From: Thermoplasmatales archaeon
GTDB taxonomy: Archaea; Thermoplasmatota; Thermoplasmata; Thermoplasmatales; Thermoplasmataceae
Reading direction: 5' to 3'
Assembly (NCBI GenBank): GCA_027310185.1
Contig: DAIDBH010000017.1
Span: 192,001 to 256,000 of the forward strand
DNA: 64,000 nucleotides
Below are positions 18,009-27,421 of this stretch, in pieces (the first letter of the stretch is position 1; every line of letters begins with the position of its first letter). The position numbers and the translations under genes are program-made. The notes under the pieces are model-generated. The model was not told the DNA's origin. It saw only the letters and a list, made by a program, of their open reading frames with translations, and did not search any database.

Positions 18009-18617
18009 CTATTTATTCAATTTCAGGATGTAATTCATATATACGTGGTTTTTAGGTTGATAAGTTTTCATTTCCATAATTTCAAAGTGGGTCCCATCCA
18101 GTAAAGCCCCTATCTTATTTTCGGTGAACATTTCAAAATATCTGATGTAATTTGAATCACCCAGCTTTCTTTCTTCATTTCTTTCTCCCCTGATCACACC
18201 GAGTAGCATTATTGTGCCATTCTTCATGTTTTCAGATAGCTTCATGAGAAGTTTTCTTGATTCCTCAAAGGAAATATGTATCAGGGACGAGTATGCCCAA
18301 ACTCCTTCGTAGTCTGAAAGATCTATGTTAAGGTCCCTTATGTCTGAGATGATAGTGGTGAATCCTTTCTTCCTTGTCTGTTCTGCCATCTTTTCGGATG
18401 CATCCACACATAGTACCTCCAGCCCTGCATCTCTTAGAATTATGGCGTCCCTGCCTGGGCCACTTCCCAGGTCAATAACCCTGTTCCCGTTTAAATTCCT
18501 TGTAAAATCTTGAACTATATCCTCAGGAAAACCATCCCAGAAATCTGAGGTTTCTGCATCGTATACATCACTATATACATCGTATGCTTTGATAGTCCTG
18601 TCATCTTTCATCTTCAT
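18009..18617 (-). CDS. Class I SAM-dependent methyltransferase
   Basis: VIDLGSGPGRD motif I; VDAS and VWAYSSLIH motifs. Confidence 0.88.
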   Translation of the reverse strand: MKMKDDRTIKAYDVYSDVYDAETSDFWDGFPEDIVQDFTRNLNGNRVIDLGSGPGRDAIILRDAGLEVLCVDASEKMAEQTRKKGFTTIISDIRDLNIDLSDYEGVWAYSSLIHISFEESRKLLMKLSENMKNGTIMLLGVIRGERNEERKLGDSNYIRYFEMFTENKIGALLDGTHFEIMEMKTYQPKNHVYMNYILKLNK

Positions 18618-18744
18618 GATATTTGATCCTTCATAGAAATTAGAGATATATATTTTAAAATGACCTTATTTTTCTGCCTCCATCGTATATTATAATTTCG
18701 TGACCTGCGATAATATTAAATCTATTAGTCTCATCCCATAAAAT

Positions 18745-19878
18745 ATGAAAGCAGTAAAGGCAAATTTGCTCTATGACGGAAAGGCATCGCAGAAAGATGT
18801 GTATATCGAATTTGATGGAAACACAATAAAAAATGTTTCACAGAAGAAACCCGAGTGTGATATTGTAGCAGAGGGCATTGTTACGCCAGCATTCATAGAT
18901 CCACACAGCCATATAGGCCTTGACAGGGCAGGAGAACCAGGATCAGAAAGTGAAGCCAATGACAAGCTTGACTCGATGATTCCACTGGGGAGAGCTGTGG
19001 ATGGAGTGTACATGGATGATCATGCATTCAGGGAATCCGTAGAAAGTGGTGTTTTGTACTCTGTTGTTCTTCCTGGAAGCGGAAACATAATTGGTGGAAT
19101 GGGGTCGCTCCTAAGAAATTTCTCTTCAAATATAAAGGATGCTTTTGTAAATGACATTGGCGTAAAGATGGCGCTTGGATATAATCCAAGGAGCACCACT
19201 GAATGGAAGGGAAAAAGACCAACTACAAGAATGGGTGTTGGAGCGATAATCAGGGAAAAATTTACAATGGCTCAAAAAACATCAAACCTCCTGGATCAGG
19301 GAAAGAAGACAATTGATGAAATTGATGTAGAGACAGAATTCCTTATCAAGCTCATAAAGGGTGAATACAGGATAATGTGCCACCTTCACAAGGAAGATGA
19401 TGCCCTCTTCCTGATGTCGCTTGTTGACAAATTCGGCATCAAGCCAATAATCAATCATGGAATGGATTTTCACAGCAAGGACATATTTGAGGAGATAAAG
19501 AGGAGAGACCTCTCTCTGGTTTACGGTCCGCTTGATTCACACCCATACAAGGTAGAGCTGAAACATGAATCATGGAGGAATGTTGGACTCGTCCAGAATT
19601 CTGGTGTGAGATTTTCCCTCATTTCCGATCATCCCGTTATACTCCAGAGAACGCTCTTCCTGACCACAAGACATTTCATGAGATTTGGGGCAACGAAAGA
19701 GCAGTGTGTTTCCTATGTTTCATCACGCCCTGCAGAAATCCTTGGCCTGAATGACCTTGGAACTGTTGAAAAGGGAAAGCTTGCCTCATTTTCGGTGTGG
19801 AACAAGGATCCTTTTGAACTGGATGCCTACCCGAAATCTGTATTCGGTGAGGGCAAACTGGTTCATGAAGAGAACTGA
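18745..19878 (+). CDS. Metal-dependent amidohydrolase
   Basis: PAFIDPHSHIG (HxH), KMALG, CHLH, NHG, SDHP and GTVEKGKLA motifs. Confidence 0.9.
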   Translation: MKAVKANLLYDGKASQKDVYIEFDGNTIKNVSQKKPECDIVAEGIVTPAFIDPHSHIGLDRAGEPGSESEANDKLDSMIPLGRAVDGVYMDDHAFRESVESGVLYSVVLPGSGNIIGGMGSLLRNFSSNIKDAFVNDIGVKMALGYNPRSTTEWKGKRPTTRMGVGAIIREKFTMAQKTSNLLDQGKKTIDEIDVETEFLIKLIKGEYRIMCHLHKEDDALFLMSLVDKFGIKPIINHGMDFHSKDIFEEIKRRDLSLVYGPLDSHPYKVELKHESWRNVGLVQNSGVRFSLISDHPVILQRTLFLTTRHFMRFGATKEQCVSYVSSRPAEILGLNDLGTVEKGKLASFSVWNKDPFELDAYPKSVFGEGKLVHEEN

Positions 19879-19956
19879 AATTGTGGTCGTTCATAATTCC
19901 ACAAAACTTATTTTTAAATGAAAACTTTTAACTGTAGTTAAAATTCCCATAGGTAG

Positions 19957-21174
19957 ATGTCAAGGAAGATTTATGTTGAATCATATGGCTGCACTCAGGA
20001 AAAATCTGAGACGGGGCTTTATGTCAACAGGATAATGGAAGATGGAGATAGAATAACACAGGACCCTGAGGATGCGGATCTGAGGGTGATTGGAACATGT
20101 GTTGTTATCAAGAAATCAGAAAATAAGATGCTGGAAAGAATCGGTTATCTTTCAGAGCTTGGGCAGACTACAGTTATTGGGTGTTTACCTCCCATATCAT
20201 CTGGAACACTTGTGGAAAAAAACGTGAATGTGATCAGTCAAAGTGAGTTCAGGGAACTGTATAAAGGTGGGATGGATGATATAGAAATAAAGGAGCCTTC
20301 CATTCTTGACGGAGTGCCGATCAACCAGGGTTGCACCGGTAACTGCAATTTCTGTATTTCAAGGGTGGCAAGAGGGAAACTACTTTCCAGAGCCCCTGAA
20401 AAAATATGCAGCCAGATAGGAATGATACTTGAAAGAGGTAAGAAGGAGATAAGAATAAGTTCTCTAGATACTGCAGCATATGGAAAGGATATTGGCGTCA
20501 GGCTTCCGGATCTTGTTAAGAAAATTACATCCATAGATGACTTTTTCAGGTTGAGAATAGGGATGATGGAACCCAAAAATACTGAGGAAATACTTGATGA
20601 ACTGATCAGCTCATACAGAAATGAGAAGGTGTTCAAGTTCCTTCACTTACCTGTACAGGATGGGGATGATCGCATACTTGAACTCATGAACAGGGAATAT
20701 TCAGTAAGATCATATTTTGATATAAATGAAAAATTCAGGCACGCTTTCAAAGACAGTGTTTTTTCCACTGACATAATTGTTGGCTACCCTGGCAGCGATG
20801 AAGAGTCTTTTCAAAAAACATGCGAATTGCTTTACAGGAGCAGGCCGGATATAGTTAATATCACAACCTTTTCTCCCAGACAGTACACGAGGGATTTTAA
20901 CAAGAAGATGCCACAATCAAACCTCATAAAGAAGTGGAGTGGAGAATATACGGGGATTCATAAGGAAATTTTGAGTGACAATCAATCGAAATTTATTGGA
21001 CAGGAAAGGAGGATATTTGTCACCGAGGTTGGAAAGACTGGAACTGTTATTGGAAGGGATGAGTCATACAGGCCTGTTGTCGTGAAGAACGAGATTCCTC
21101 TTTATTCCATGATAGATGTAGAAATTGTTGAAACCGGACCAACTTATTTAATAGGAAAACAACTCAGGGCATAG
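19957..21174 (+). CDS. mtaB: tRNA t6A methylthiotransferase (archaeal MtaB/CDKAL1-like radical SAM enzyme)
   Basis: UPF0004 N-domain (SYGC, TCVV, IGCL), CTGNCNFC, FLHLPVQ, TDIIVGYP and a C-terminal TRAM domain. Confidence 0.88.
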   Translation: MSRKIYVESYGCTQEKSETGLYVNRIMEDGDRITQDPEDADLRVIGTCVVIKKSENKMLERIGYLSELGQTTVIGCLPPISSGTLVEKNVNVISQSEFRELYKGGMDDIEIKEPSILDGVPINQGCTGNCNFCISRVARGKLLSRAPEKICSQIGMILERGKKEIRISSLDTAAYGKDIGVRLPDLVKKITSIDDFFRLRIGMMEPKNTEEILDELISSYRNEKVFKFLHLPVQDGDDRILELMNREYSVRSYFDINEKFRHAFKDSVFSTDIIVGYPGSDEESFQKTCELLYRSRPDIVNITTFSPRQYTRDFNKKMPQSNLIKKWSGEYTGIHKEILSDNQSKFIGQERRIFVTEVGKTGTVIGRDESYRPVVVKNEIPLYSMIDVEIVETGPTYLIGKQLRA

Positions 21175-22174
21175 TATCAACATTTACTATCTCATCCATG
21201 ATATATTTCCCGTTTCCCTTCTTCTTGAATATCATGTTGAATTCCTGTACTGTCAGTATGGGGCTCTTGTACCTGTCAAAATCATCGGTTGCCACCCTTG
21301 GACATCCTGTGAAGATTATGCAGTCTGCCATCATGTTTTCGAATTCCACTGGTGATGATTCATTGGAATATGCAAGCACGGCACTTTTCCCCATATCCTG
21401 AACCTCTTTCATCATTTTTTCTGCGAGTTTCATCCTGTACTGGCCTACCTTTGTGTCAACCACTATCACAAACTTTTCTGCCTCGAGTGCCCTGGCCATG
21501 TTAGCATATCTTCTTCTTATATGCCTGTCAGCCTCATCTTTCATTGATCTGAGCTTGAATGGTTCACTCATGTCCAGTATGAATACCTCTTTTTCGACAG
21601 ATAGTTGAGCTCCAAGGGCATGAAATACCCCTGTAGATACAATAATATGGCAATCAACCCTGCTTTCCTGATCATGTAATGGGCTAAAATTACAACCAAG
21701 CAACTGCCCATCATATTTCAGCCTGCTGTCATGCTTTCCCATGCTAACATTAAATCCCTTTTCCTTAAGGAATTTAGAAAATTCCTCTGCACTCTGCCTG
21801 TACTGTATGGAATATGCCAGATCAATGTTTTTATAGTTCTTGTTTTCTAATTCTACCAGGTCGAGGTCGTTAAAGCTTCTGTGATCCTCGTTTACATATT
21901 CCTCAAAAATTACCGGGACCTTATAATTTACATTTGGTATTTCCGTGTGTCCCAGTTGAACTACTGCGTCCACATTCTTCCATTCATCCATTGTTCCGGT
22001 GTCACAGGCTCCATAAAAACCAGATGAGCTCACCACCACGTTAAAATTCTTTGAAAGTTCGTTGAAATATTCGAACACATGGGGTTTCAGTCCATCCGGT
22101 AACTGCAATAATATCCTCCTGGCATTTATTTCCTTTAGTTTGTCTATGACCCTTCCTGGGTCCATGTACGTCAA
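21164..22174 (-). CDS. dph2: Diphthamide biosynthesis enzyme Dph2
   Basis: LQLPDGL, YGACD, QLLGCN and GCPR give the three Fe-S Cys; an alternative ATG lies at 22165. Confidence 0.93.
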   Translation of the reverse strand: MTYMDPGRVIDKLKEINARRILLQLPDGLKPHVFEYFNELSKNFNVVVSSSGFYGACDTGTMDEWKNVDAVVQLGHTEIPNVNYKVPVIFEEYVNEDHRSFNDLDLVELENKNYKNIDLAYSIQYRQSAEEFSKFLKEKGFNVSMGKHDSRLKYDGQLLGCNFSPLHDQESRVDCHIIVSTGVFHALGAQLSVEKEVFILDMSEPFKLRSMKDEADRHIRRRYANMARALEAEKFVIVVDTKVGQYRMKLAEKMMKEVQDMGKSAVLAYSNESSPVEFENMMADCIIFTGCPRVATDDFDRYKSPILTVQEFNMIFKKKGNGKYIMDEIVNVDTMP

Positions 22175-22189
22175 TGGAATGATATTTGA

Positions 22190-23440
22190 TCAGGGTTTAA
22201 TGCTTTTTCTCATAAATTTTTTCATGTCCATAATCCTGCCTCCCTGAATGATCGTAATCTGTGTGTTTGCCCAGTCATAAAATATGTCCCTGATATCCCT
22301 TGCGGAAATAATCAGCAGATCTGCGTCTGCTCCATGATGTAAATTTCCCTTGACGCCATCCAGTCCCAGGGAATGGGCCGGTATGGTTGTGAGTCCATTG
22401 AACAATTCCTCAGCACTCATATGGCAGTTACGTATGGCAAGATTTCCATGAAACTTGATGTCGGTGACTGGATTGAGAGGTGATATGTCAGAAGCGACCG
22501 CAACAGGTATGTGCCTGTTAGTCCACTCCCTGCTGTCAACATATTTCTCACCCAGTGAGAATGCTGTTCCCGGTAGAATTGTCGCCACAAGGTCTTTGCC
22601 TTTTACCCTTTCCATATTTTCACTGGATGTGTGAAGAAGGTGATCTGCAGATTTTACAGGAAACTCATCAGTGAGCTCCAGTGCACCCACATCACTGATT
22701 TCATCGGCGTGAATCCTGAGACCAATACCAAGCTCAGCTGCCTTCCTGAAGAAGATAGAGGTTTCTTCCTTTGTGAATGCCCCTTCATCACAGAATGAGT
22801 CCACGAAATCTGCTCTTTTATAAAGTTCTGGAAGTATGATTTCAGTGCTTTCCCTGACGTATTCATCCTTTTTTCTATCTGGCGGCATCGCATGCAATGG
22901 TAATAGTGTCTTCACTATGTGAACTGGTAAATTTGATGCCATTATATCCATGGCATCCAGCAATTTTCTCTCATTTTCAAGATCCAGGCCGTAACCTGTT
23001 TTCACTTCTATGGTTGTTACCCCATTTTCAATGTGGTTCAGTAACCTTTTAGTAGATTGCATAACGATCTGTTCTGTTGAGCAGGCTCTTGTATCCCTTA
23101 CTGTTTTCAGAATCCCATTCCCACTTTTCAGGAGGTCTATATATTTTGTCCCCATTGCCCTCAGCACAAATTCCTCGCTCCTCTCCCCACAGTATGCGAG
23201 ATGTGTATGACTGTCGACAAAGCCTGGTGTAACAATCATTCCAGTGGCATCTATAATTTCATACCCTTCATTTCTGCCTGATATACTCCCCGTGGAAACT
23301 ATGGAATCTATGTGTTTTCCATTCAGCATTATGGAACTGTCCTGAAATATGGTTACGTTTTCCTGATTCCCATTTCTAACTGACCCAATTGGTTCTGGAA
23401 CATAGATCTTATCAGGATTGAATATGACCTTATTCTTCAT
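22190..23440 (-). CDS. hutI: Imidazolonepropionase
   Basis: PGFVDSHTH, GILKTVRDTR, EVKTGYGL, DSFCDEGAF, IHADE and SADHL motifs. Confidence 0.92.
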   Translation of the reverse strand: MKNKVIFNPDKIYVPEPIGSVRNGNQENVTIFQDSSIMLNGKHIDSIVSTGSISGRNEGYEIIDATGMIVTPGFVDSHTHLAYCGERSEEFVLRAMGTKYIDLLKSGNGILKTVRDTRACSTEQIVMQSTKRLLNHIENGVTTIEVKTGYGLDLENERKLLDAMDIMASNLPVHIVKTLLPLHAMPPDRKKDEYVRESTEIILPELYKRADFVDSFCDEGAFTKEETSIFFRKAAELGIGLRIHADEISDVGALELTDEFPVKSADHLLHTSSENMERVKGKDLVATILPGTAFSLGEKYVDSREWTNRHIPVAVASDISPLNPVTDIKFHGNLAIRNCHMSAEELFNGLTTIPAHSLGLDGVKGNLHHGADADLLIISARDIRDIFYDWANTQITIIQGGRIMDMKKFMRKSIKP

Positions 23441-23446
23441 AATTAC

Positions 23447-24148
23447 TCATATCACCACCGATAATGAAACAGATAGAACAGTCAGCATAAAAGCTATGGT
23501 TATGAATACCATGAACGGTATGTTATAAGATACATATTCATTGCCCTTAATTGTGATTCTCCTGAACTCTATATCGCTTAGGTTTATCGTGTCGTTCACC
23601 CCTGCGCGGTAAGAAAATTTTCCAGTTTTCATATATGTGTAATAGAGTGAAAAAACCAGCGCAACAACAGAGCTTAATCCGAGATTCAAAAAGAATATAA
23701 TTGAAAAAGGTAGCCTTATTAATGAGTACGAAACCGTAAGATAAAAATTAGCAGTCGAAAATATTATGAGAACCAGGCCCTTTATGTCCCCAACTCCAAA
23801 AAGAACCTCCCCTATTACCATGTTTGCAAATATAATTTCTATAATCCATGGAATTATGAGATCAGGTTCCCAAAGTATGATCATGGCAGAGCCTGCTATT
23901 GATATGATTATAGATAGTGTGATGAACAAACGGGTTTTCTTGGCAAAAAACAGCAGGGCAAACATCATAGTGCTCAAAACAGAGAACAGTTCTATTTTGA
24001 AAAATATGACATTGATTATGATGCTTATTAAAAATGCTGGCACAAATATTAGATACCAAATCCTCCTTTTCTTCAGGTCATAATAGGAAGAAATGACCAG
24101 TGAGAGAATAAGAATGAAATATAGTAGACTGCTTAAAATTTCATTCAT
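23447..24148 (-). CDS. A24 family prepilin/prearchaellin peptidase (PibD/FlaK-like)
   Basis: SYYDLKKRRI (first catalytic Asp), GVGDIK (GxGD) and C-terminal IPFMVFI; polytopic. Confidence 0.75.
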   Translation of the reverse strand: MNEILSSLLYFILILSLVISSYYDLKKRRIWYLIFVPAFLISIIINVIFFKIELFSVLSTMMFALLFFAKKTRLFITLSIIISIAGSAMIILWEPDLIIPWIIEIIFANMVIGEVLFGVGDIKGLVLIIFSTANFYLTVSYSLIRLPFSIIFFLNLGLSSVVALVFSLYYTYMKTGKFSYRAGVNDTINLSDIEFRRITIKGNEYVSYNIPFMVFITIAFMLTVLSVSLSVVI

Positions 24149-25001
24149 TTTTCTTCTTTGTATAGAAGAGGGAGACTGCACTCATATCATCTTGGCCGTG
24201 TTCACCCATTTCAATTGAGTATATGCTTTTGGATATTGCACCCAGGAACGATGGTATTCCAAGCTTGCTCTGCTCTTCCAGTGCATAATTAAGGTCCTTA
24301 TATTGATGAGCAAGTAAGAATTGTGGAGAAAAATCCTGCTCCTGCATCTTTCTTGCCTTCAAATCAAGTATTTTTGATGCTGCTCCACCTGCCTGTACCG
24401 CCTCCGTGAAGACATCATCATTTATCCCTAGTTCTCTTGCAAGACACATTCCTTCGGAGACAGCAATCATATTTATTCCCATTATAAGGTTATTCACCAG
24501 TTTCATGGCTATTCCCTTTCCAGAATCTCCTGCATATATCTGTTTTGATGTGAATGTTTTCAGCATTGGGACAACTCTGAGAAACGAATCCCTTGAACCA
24601 CCACAGGAAGCGGCCAGAGTTCCAGTTTCTGCAGCTGGAACACTTCCGATTACAGGGCAGTCAAGGTACTCAAACCCGGAATCCGTGCATAACTTGTGAT
24701 TATTAAGACTTTGCTCCATGGATATTGTTGACATATCAACTATCAATTTGTTCTTTCCGTTGTGAGTTTCCACTATTTCGCTTAGTACTGAAGCAGATGC
24801 TGCAGAGTCTGTTACTATCATGAAAATGATGTCAGAACTGCTAACAACGTCTGAAATTGTTTTCGCCGCTATTTTCCTGATTTCCTGTGGAATCTTCGAT
24901 TCTGTCCTGTTGTACACCGACACAAGTGAGAATTTCTCTCCTATCCTCCTTGAAATTGGAATGCCCATTCTTCCCATTCCAATAAATCCTATCTTTTCCA
25001 T
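24141..25001 (-). CDS. Beta-hydroxyacid dehydrogenase (3-hydroxyisobutyrate dehydrogenase/tartronate semialdehyde reductase family)
   Basis: IGFIGMGRMG, YNRT, DMST, DCPVIG, MKLVNN and KDL motifs. Confidence 0.92.
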   Translation of the reverse strand: MEKIGFIGMGRMGIPISRRIGEKFSLVSVYNRTESKIPQEIRKIAAKTISDVVSSSDIIFMIVTDSAASASVLSEIVETHNGKNKLIVDMSTISMEQSLNNHKLCTDSGFEYLDCPVIGSVPAAETGTLAASCGGSRDSFLRVVPMLKTFTSKQIYAGDSGKGIAMKLVNNLIMGINMIAVSEGMCLARELGINDDVFTEAVQAGGAASKILDLKARKMQEQDFSPQFLLAHQYKDLNYALEEQSKLGIPSFLGAISKSIYSIEMGEHGQDDMSAVSLFYTKKKNE

Positions 25002-25005
25002 TTAA

Positions 25006-25779
25006 CTACACCTCAAATATAGACGACCCGTAAAGTTGTCTTGCACATTCTATTCCCTTATACTTAATATTTCTATTGTCCAGGAAATCTCTTATGGTTA
25101 GATATGCAATTTCCTGTGTATTATTTTCATCAGAAAGGTGAAGCAGGATAATCTGTGACTTCTGTTCACTCAGTTCTCCAAGTGCCAGTGCACACTGATC
25201 GTTGGAAAGGTGTCCGTAGTTGCTCATGATTCTCTTCTTCAAGCTTTCTGGATATGGACCTGTTTTCAGCATGTTTGTGTCGTGGTTGGCCTCTATTGCA
25301 AGTATATCAGAACCTCTTATGAGGTCAATATTCTCCATTGGAAAGTATCCAAGGTCAGAGAAAAGCGAGATTTTTCTCCCTCTGTTTTCTATGACATATC
25401 CAACCGGGTCCACTGCATCATGAGATACGGAGACACTCCTTATGAAAAAATTACCTATGGTGAGTTCATCCCGTATAGTAAAAGCGCTATCGAAACCCAT
25501 CTTTAGTTTTGCCTTCTCACGGAGATATATATCTGCCTTCATTTTTCTTGAAGCCGCTCCAAGACCGGAACTGTGATCACTGTGTTCATGTGTAATCAAG
25601 ACTGATAAGGGAACTTCCCCAATATTTAATTCTTCAAACCTCTGTCTGAATCTCTTTACAGAAATGCCGAAATCCACTACCAGTGCATCGCATTCGTCCC
25701 AGATAATTGTTGAATTTCCCTTGCTTCCACTTGATACAACATTCATGAACAGGTTTGACAATATTTCAGAATACTCCAC
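25006..25779 (-). CDS. MBL-fold metallo-hydrolase (YycJ/WalJ-like)
   Basis: SSGSKGN, THEHSDH, SHDA, DLG, EANHD, GHLSN and HLSDENN motifs. Confidence 0.9.
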   Translation of the reverse strand: MEYSEILSNLFMNVVSSGSKGNSTIIWDECDALVVDFGISVKRFRQRFEELNIGEVPLSVLITHEHSDHSSGLGAASRKMKADIYLREKAKLKMGFDSAFTIRDELTIGNFFIRSVSVSHDAVDPVGYVIENRGRKISLFSDLGYFPMENIDLIRGSDILAIEANHDTNMLKTGPYPESLKKRIMSNYGHLSNDQCALALGELSEQKSQIILLHLSDENNTQEIAYLTIRDFLDNRNIKYKGIECARQLYGSSIFEV

Positions 25780-25916
25780 TCACACTTAAATTTTAAGTGA
25801 TATTCAACCTTTCAACGAGAATTGCTAACAAGTTCAAATTGTTTCTTAATAATTTTCATGAACAAACGAAAAAAGAATAAATCTGTTTGAACATCTAATC
25901 ACGTGAATTAATGCGT

Positions 25917-26492
25917 CTATTGACGATTAAACTTGAGATTATCTCTTATCGCATCAAGAACTTTCTTCGGCTCCGGCATTGAACCTTTCTTCTTTGTTCC
26001 ATTGCTTGAAGTTATTTCCTCTTTGTCAGGTTCAACAATTACGTGCCCAATGCTCTTGAGTTTTTCAATATTGCCCTGCACGATCCTGTTGCCTCTCATC
26101 TTTTCATTCATGTTTGGAACGAAAATCATTGGCCTTTCATAGGCAATAAATGCTGTCGATAGAAGATCGTCACCTATCCCGCTAACTGCTTTTGCCATAG
26201 AGTTTGCACTCGCCGGTGCAACTATGAAGACATCAGCAATTTCTGTCAATTCAACGTGTGGTATCCTGATATTCCCCTCCTGATGGAACATGTCAGTGAA
26301 TACGTGATTTTTAGTTTTTAATTCTACAGAATATGAAGATATGAATTTTTTTGACGCCTCTGTCATAATGGTCATAATCTGACAGTTCAGATTACTCATC
26401 ACATAGGTCATGTAATCAGAAATGTTCATGGAGCCAAGTGACCCTGTAATTCCCCACAATATGGTAACTTTCCTGTCCTCTTCTTTTGCCAT
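25917..26492 (-). CDS. Stand-alone HFCD-family flavoprotein, LanD (EpiD/MrsD)-like rather than canonical CoaC
   Basis: GITGS, PHVEL (catalytic His), PASANS, DDLLST and PNMNEKM are present; the ACGD-type catalytic Cys is absent from the clamp region. Confidence 0.85.
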   Translation of the reverse strand: MAKEEDRKVTILWGITGSLGSMNISDYMTYVMSNLNCQIMTIMTEASKKFISSYSVELKTKNHVFTDMFHQEGNIRIPHVELTEIADVFIVAPASANSMAKAVSGIGDDLLSTAFIAYERPMIFVPNMNEKMRGNRIVQGNIEKLKSIGHVIVEPDKEEITSSNGTKKKGSMPEPKKVLDAIRDNLKFNRQ

Positions 26493-26532
26493 ATTTAAGT
26501 ATTGTTAAGTGATATTAAACTTCTTTAATACT

Positions 26533-26763
26533 TTAGATAAAGATATAAGATAAAGCAGTTAATCCTGCCAAGGATACTATTGTCTTATTCACAGAAAAAA
26601 TTAATGTTGCTGGTGTTTCTCCCATATGGGAAAAGAAACTACCATTTGTCTGTATTTTGAAATTTCTTGATATTTTTTCCGGGCTTTCTCCATTTTCTTC
26701 CACGAAAATTTTGAATGCTGGTACATCTAGACTTGACTCTTTTTTGTGAAATAGATATGGCAT
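26533..26763 (-). CDS. Small hypothetical protein (76 aa), possibly a remnant
   Basis: ATG preceded by a GGGTGA RBS; co-oriented and ending 40 nt upstream of the flavoprotein gene; hydrophobic C-terminus. Confidence 0.35.
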   Translation of the reverse strand: MPYLFHKKESSLDVPAFKIFVEENGESPEKISRNFKIQTNGSFFSHMGETPATLIFSVNKTIVSLAGLTALSYIFI

Positions 26764-26882
26764 ATTCTCACCCTTCCATATCCATGAAACGTTAATTTTA
26801 CTACATTCATATATTATATTTGTCATGCTGTATACCTATTGATTAACTTAATTTACCACTTTCTTATTTCCATGGGAAAACA

Positions 26883-27407
26883 GTGCGGAAAAATATAGTA
26901 AGAGTTGGTTTAATTCTAATTGTTCTCGGTATCATACTTGTGGTTGCTGGAATAGGTTTGACATCGGATTATCTCACTGTTAGCCATACATTTGTGAAGG
27001 ATAAATATTATTATGCGTCACACGAGATTAATATTACAAGTGATGGACTGGTTGCTCTGGATGGCAATACAACATTCTATCTTGTTAATGCCAACAATGT
27101 TTCACTTGTTAATCAGACAAATGTACAGGATTATTCAATAGCACCAACTGGACCCACTCATGATGGTTATGGAACAGAATTTCTTGTGGGTTCCGGTTCT
27201 TACTATTTGGTTTCATTCCTGGCACCCTCAACAGGACTGGTTTATTCCTATACAAGTCATTTCAGCACATTTACCGATCTCGGGATAATTCTTCTTATTG
27301 GCCTCTTCCTCATAGTTGTTTCAATTATCATGCTGGTTATTGGATTCTTACTCAAGGGGAAGAAGAAAGATACAGAGGAAGATTTTTTGAAAGACGAAAT
27401 ACAGTAA
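26883..27407 (+). CDS. Membrane protein with N- and C-terminal TM helices and an extracellular loop
   Basis: Two hydrophobic segments and N-x-T/S sequons; in an operon with ABC genes. Confidence 0.75.
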   Translation: MRKNIVRVGLILIVLGIILVVAGIGLTSDYLTVSHTFVKDKYYYASHEINITSDGLVALDGNTTFYLVNANNVSLVNQTNVQDYSIAPTGPTHDGYGTEFLVGSGSYYLVSFLAPSTGLVYSYTSHFSTFTDLGIILLIGLFLIVVSIIMLVIGFLLKGKKKDTEEDFLKDEIQ

Positions 27408-27421
27408 AATAGGTACAATTT

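Noticed and set aside
25845-25895. Micro-ORF MFKQIYSFFVCS downstream of the LanD-like gene as a RiPP precursor
   Set aside because: Only 12 codons, no leader or RBS, and the Cys is not terminal
26620-26631. Palindrome TCCCATATGGGA
   Set aside because: A single 12-bp palindrome inside a putative ORF, with no promoter context
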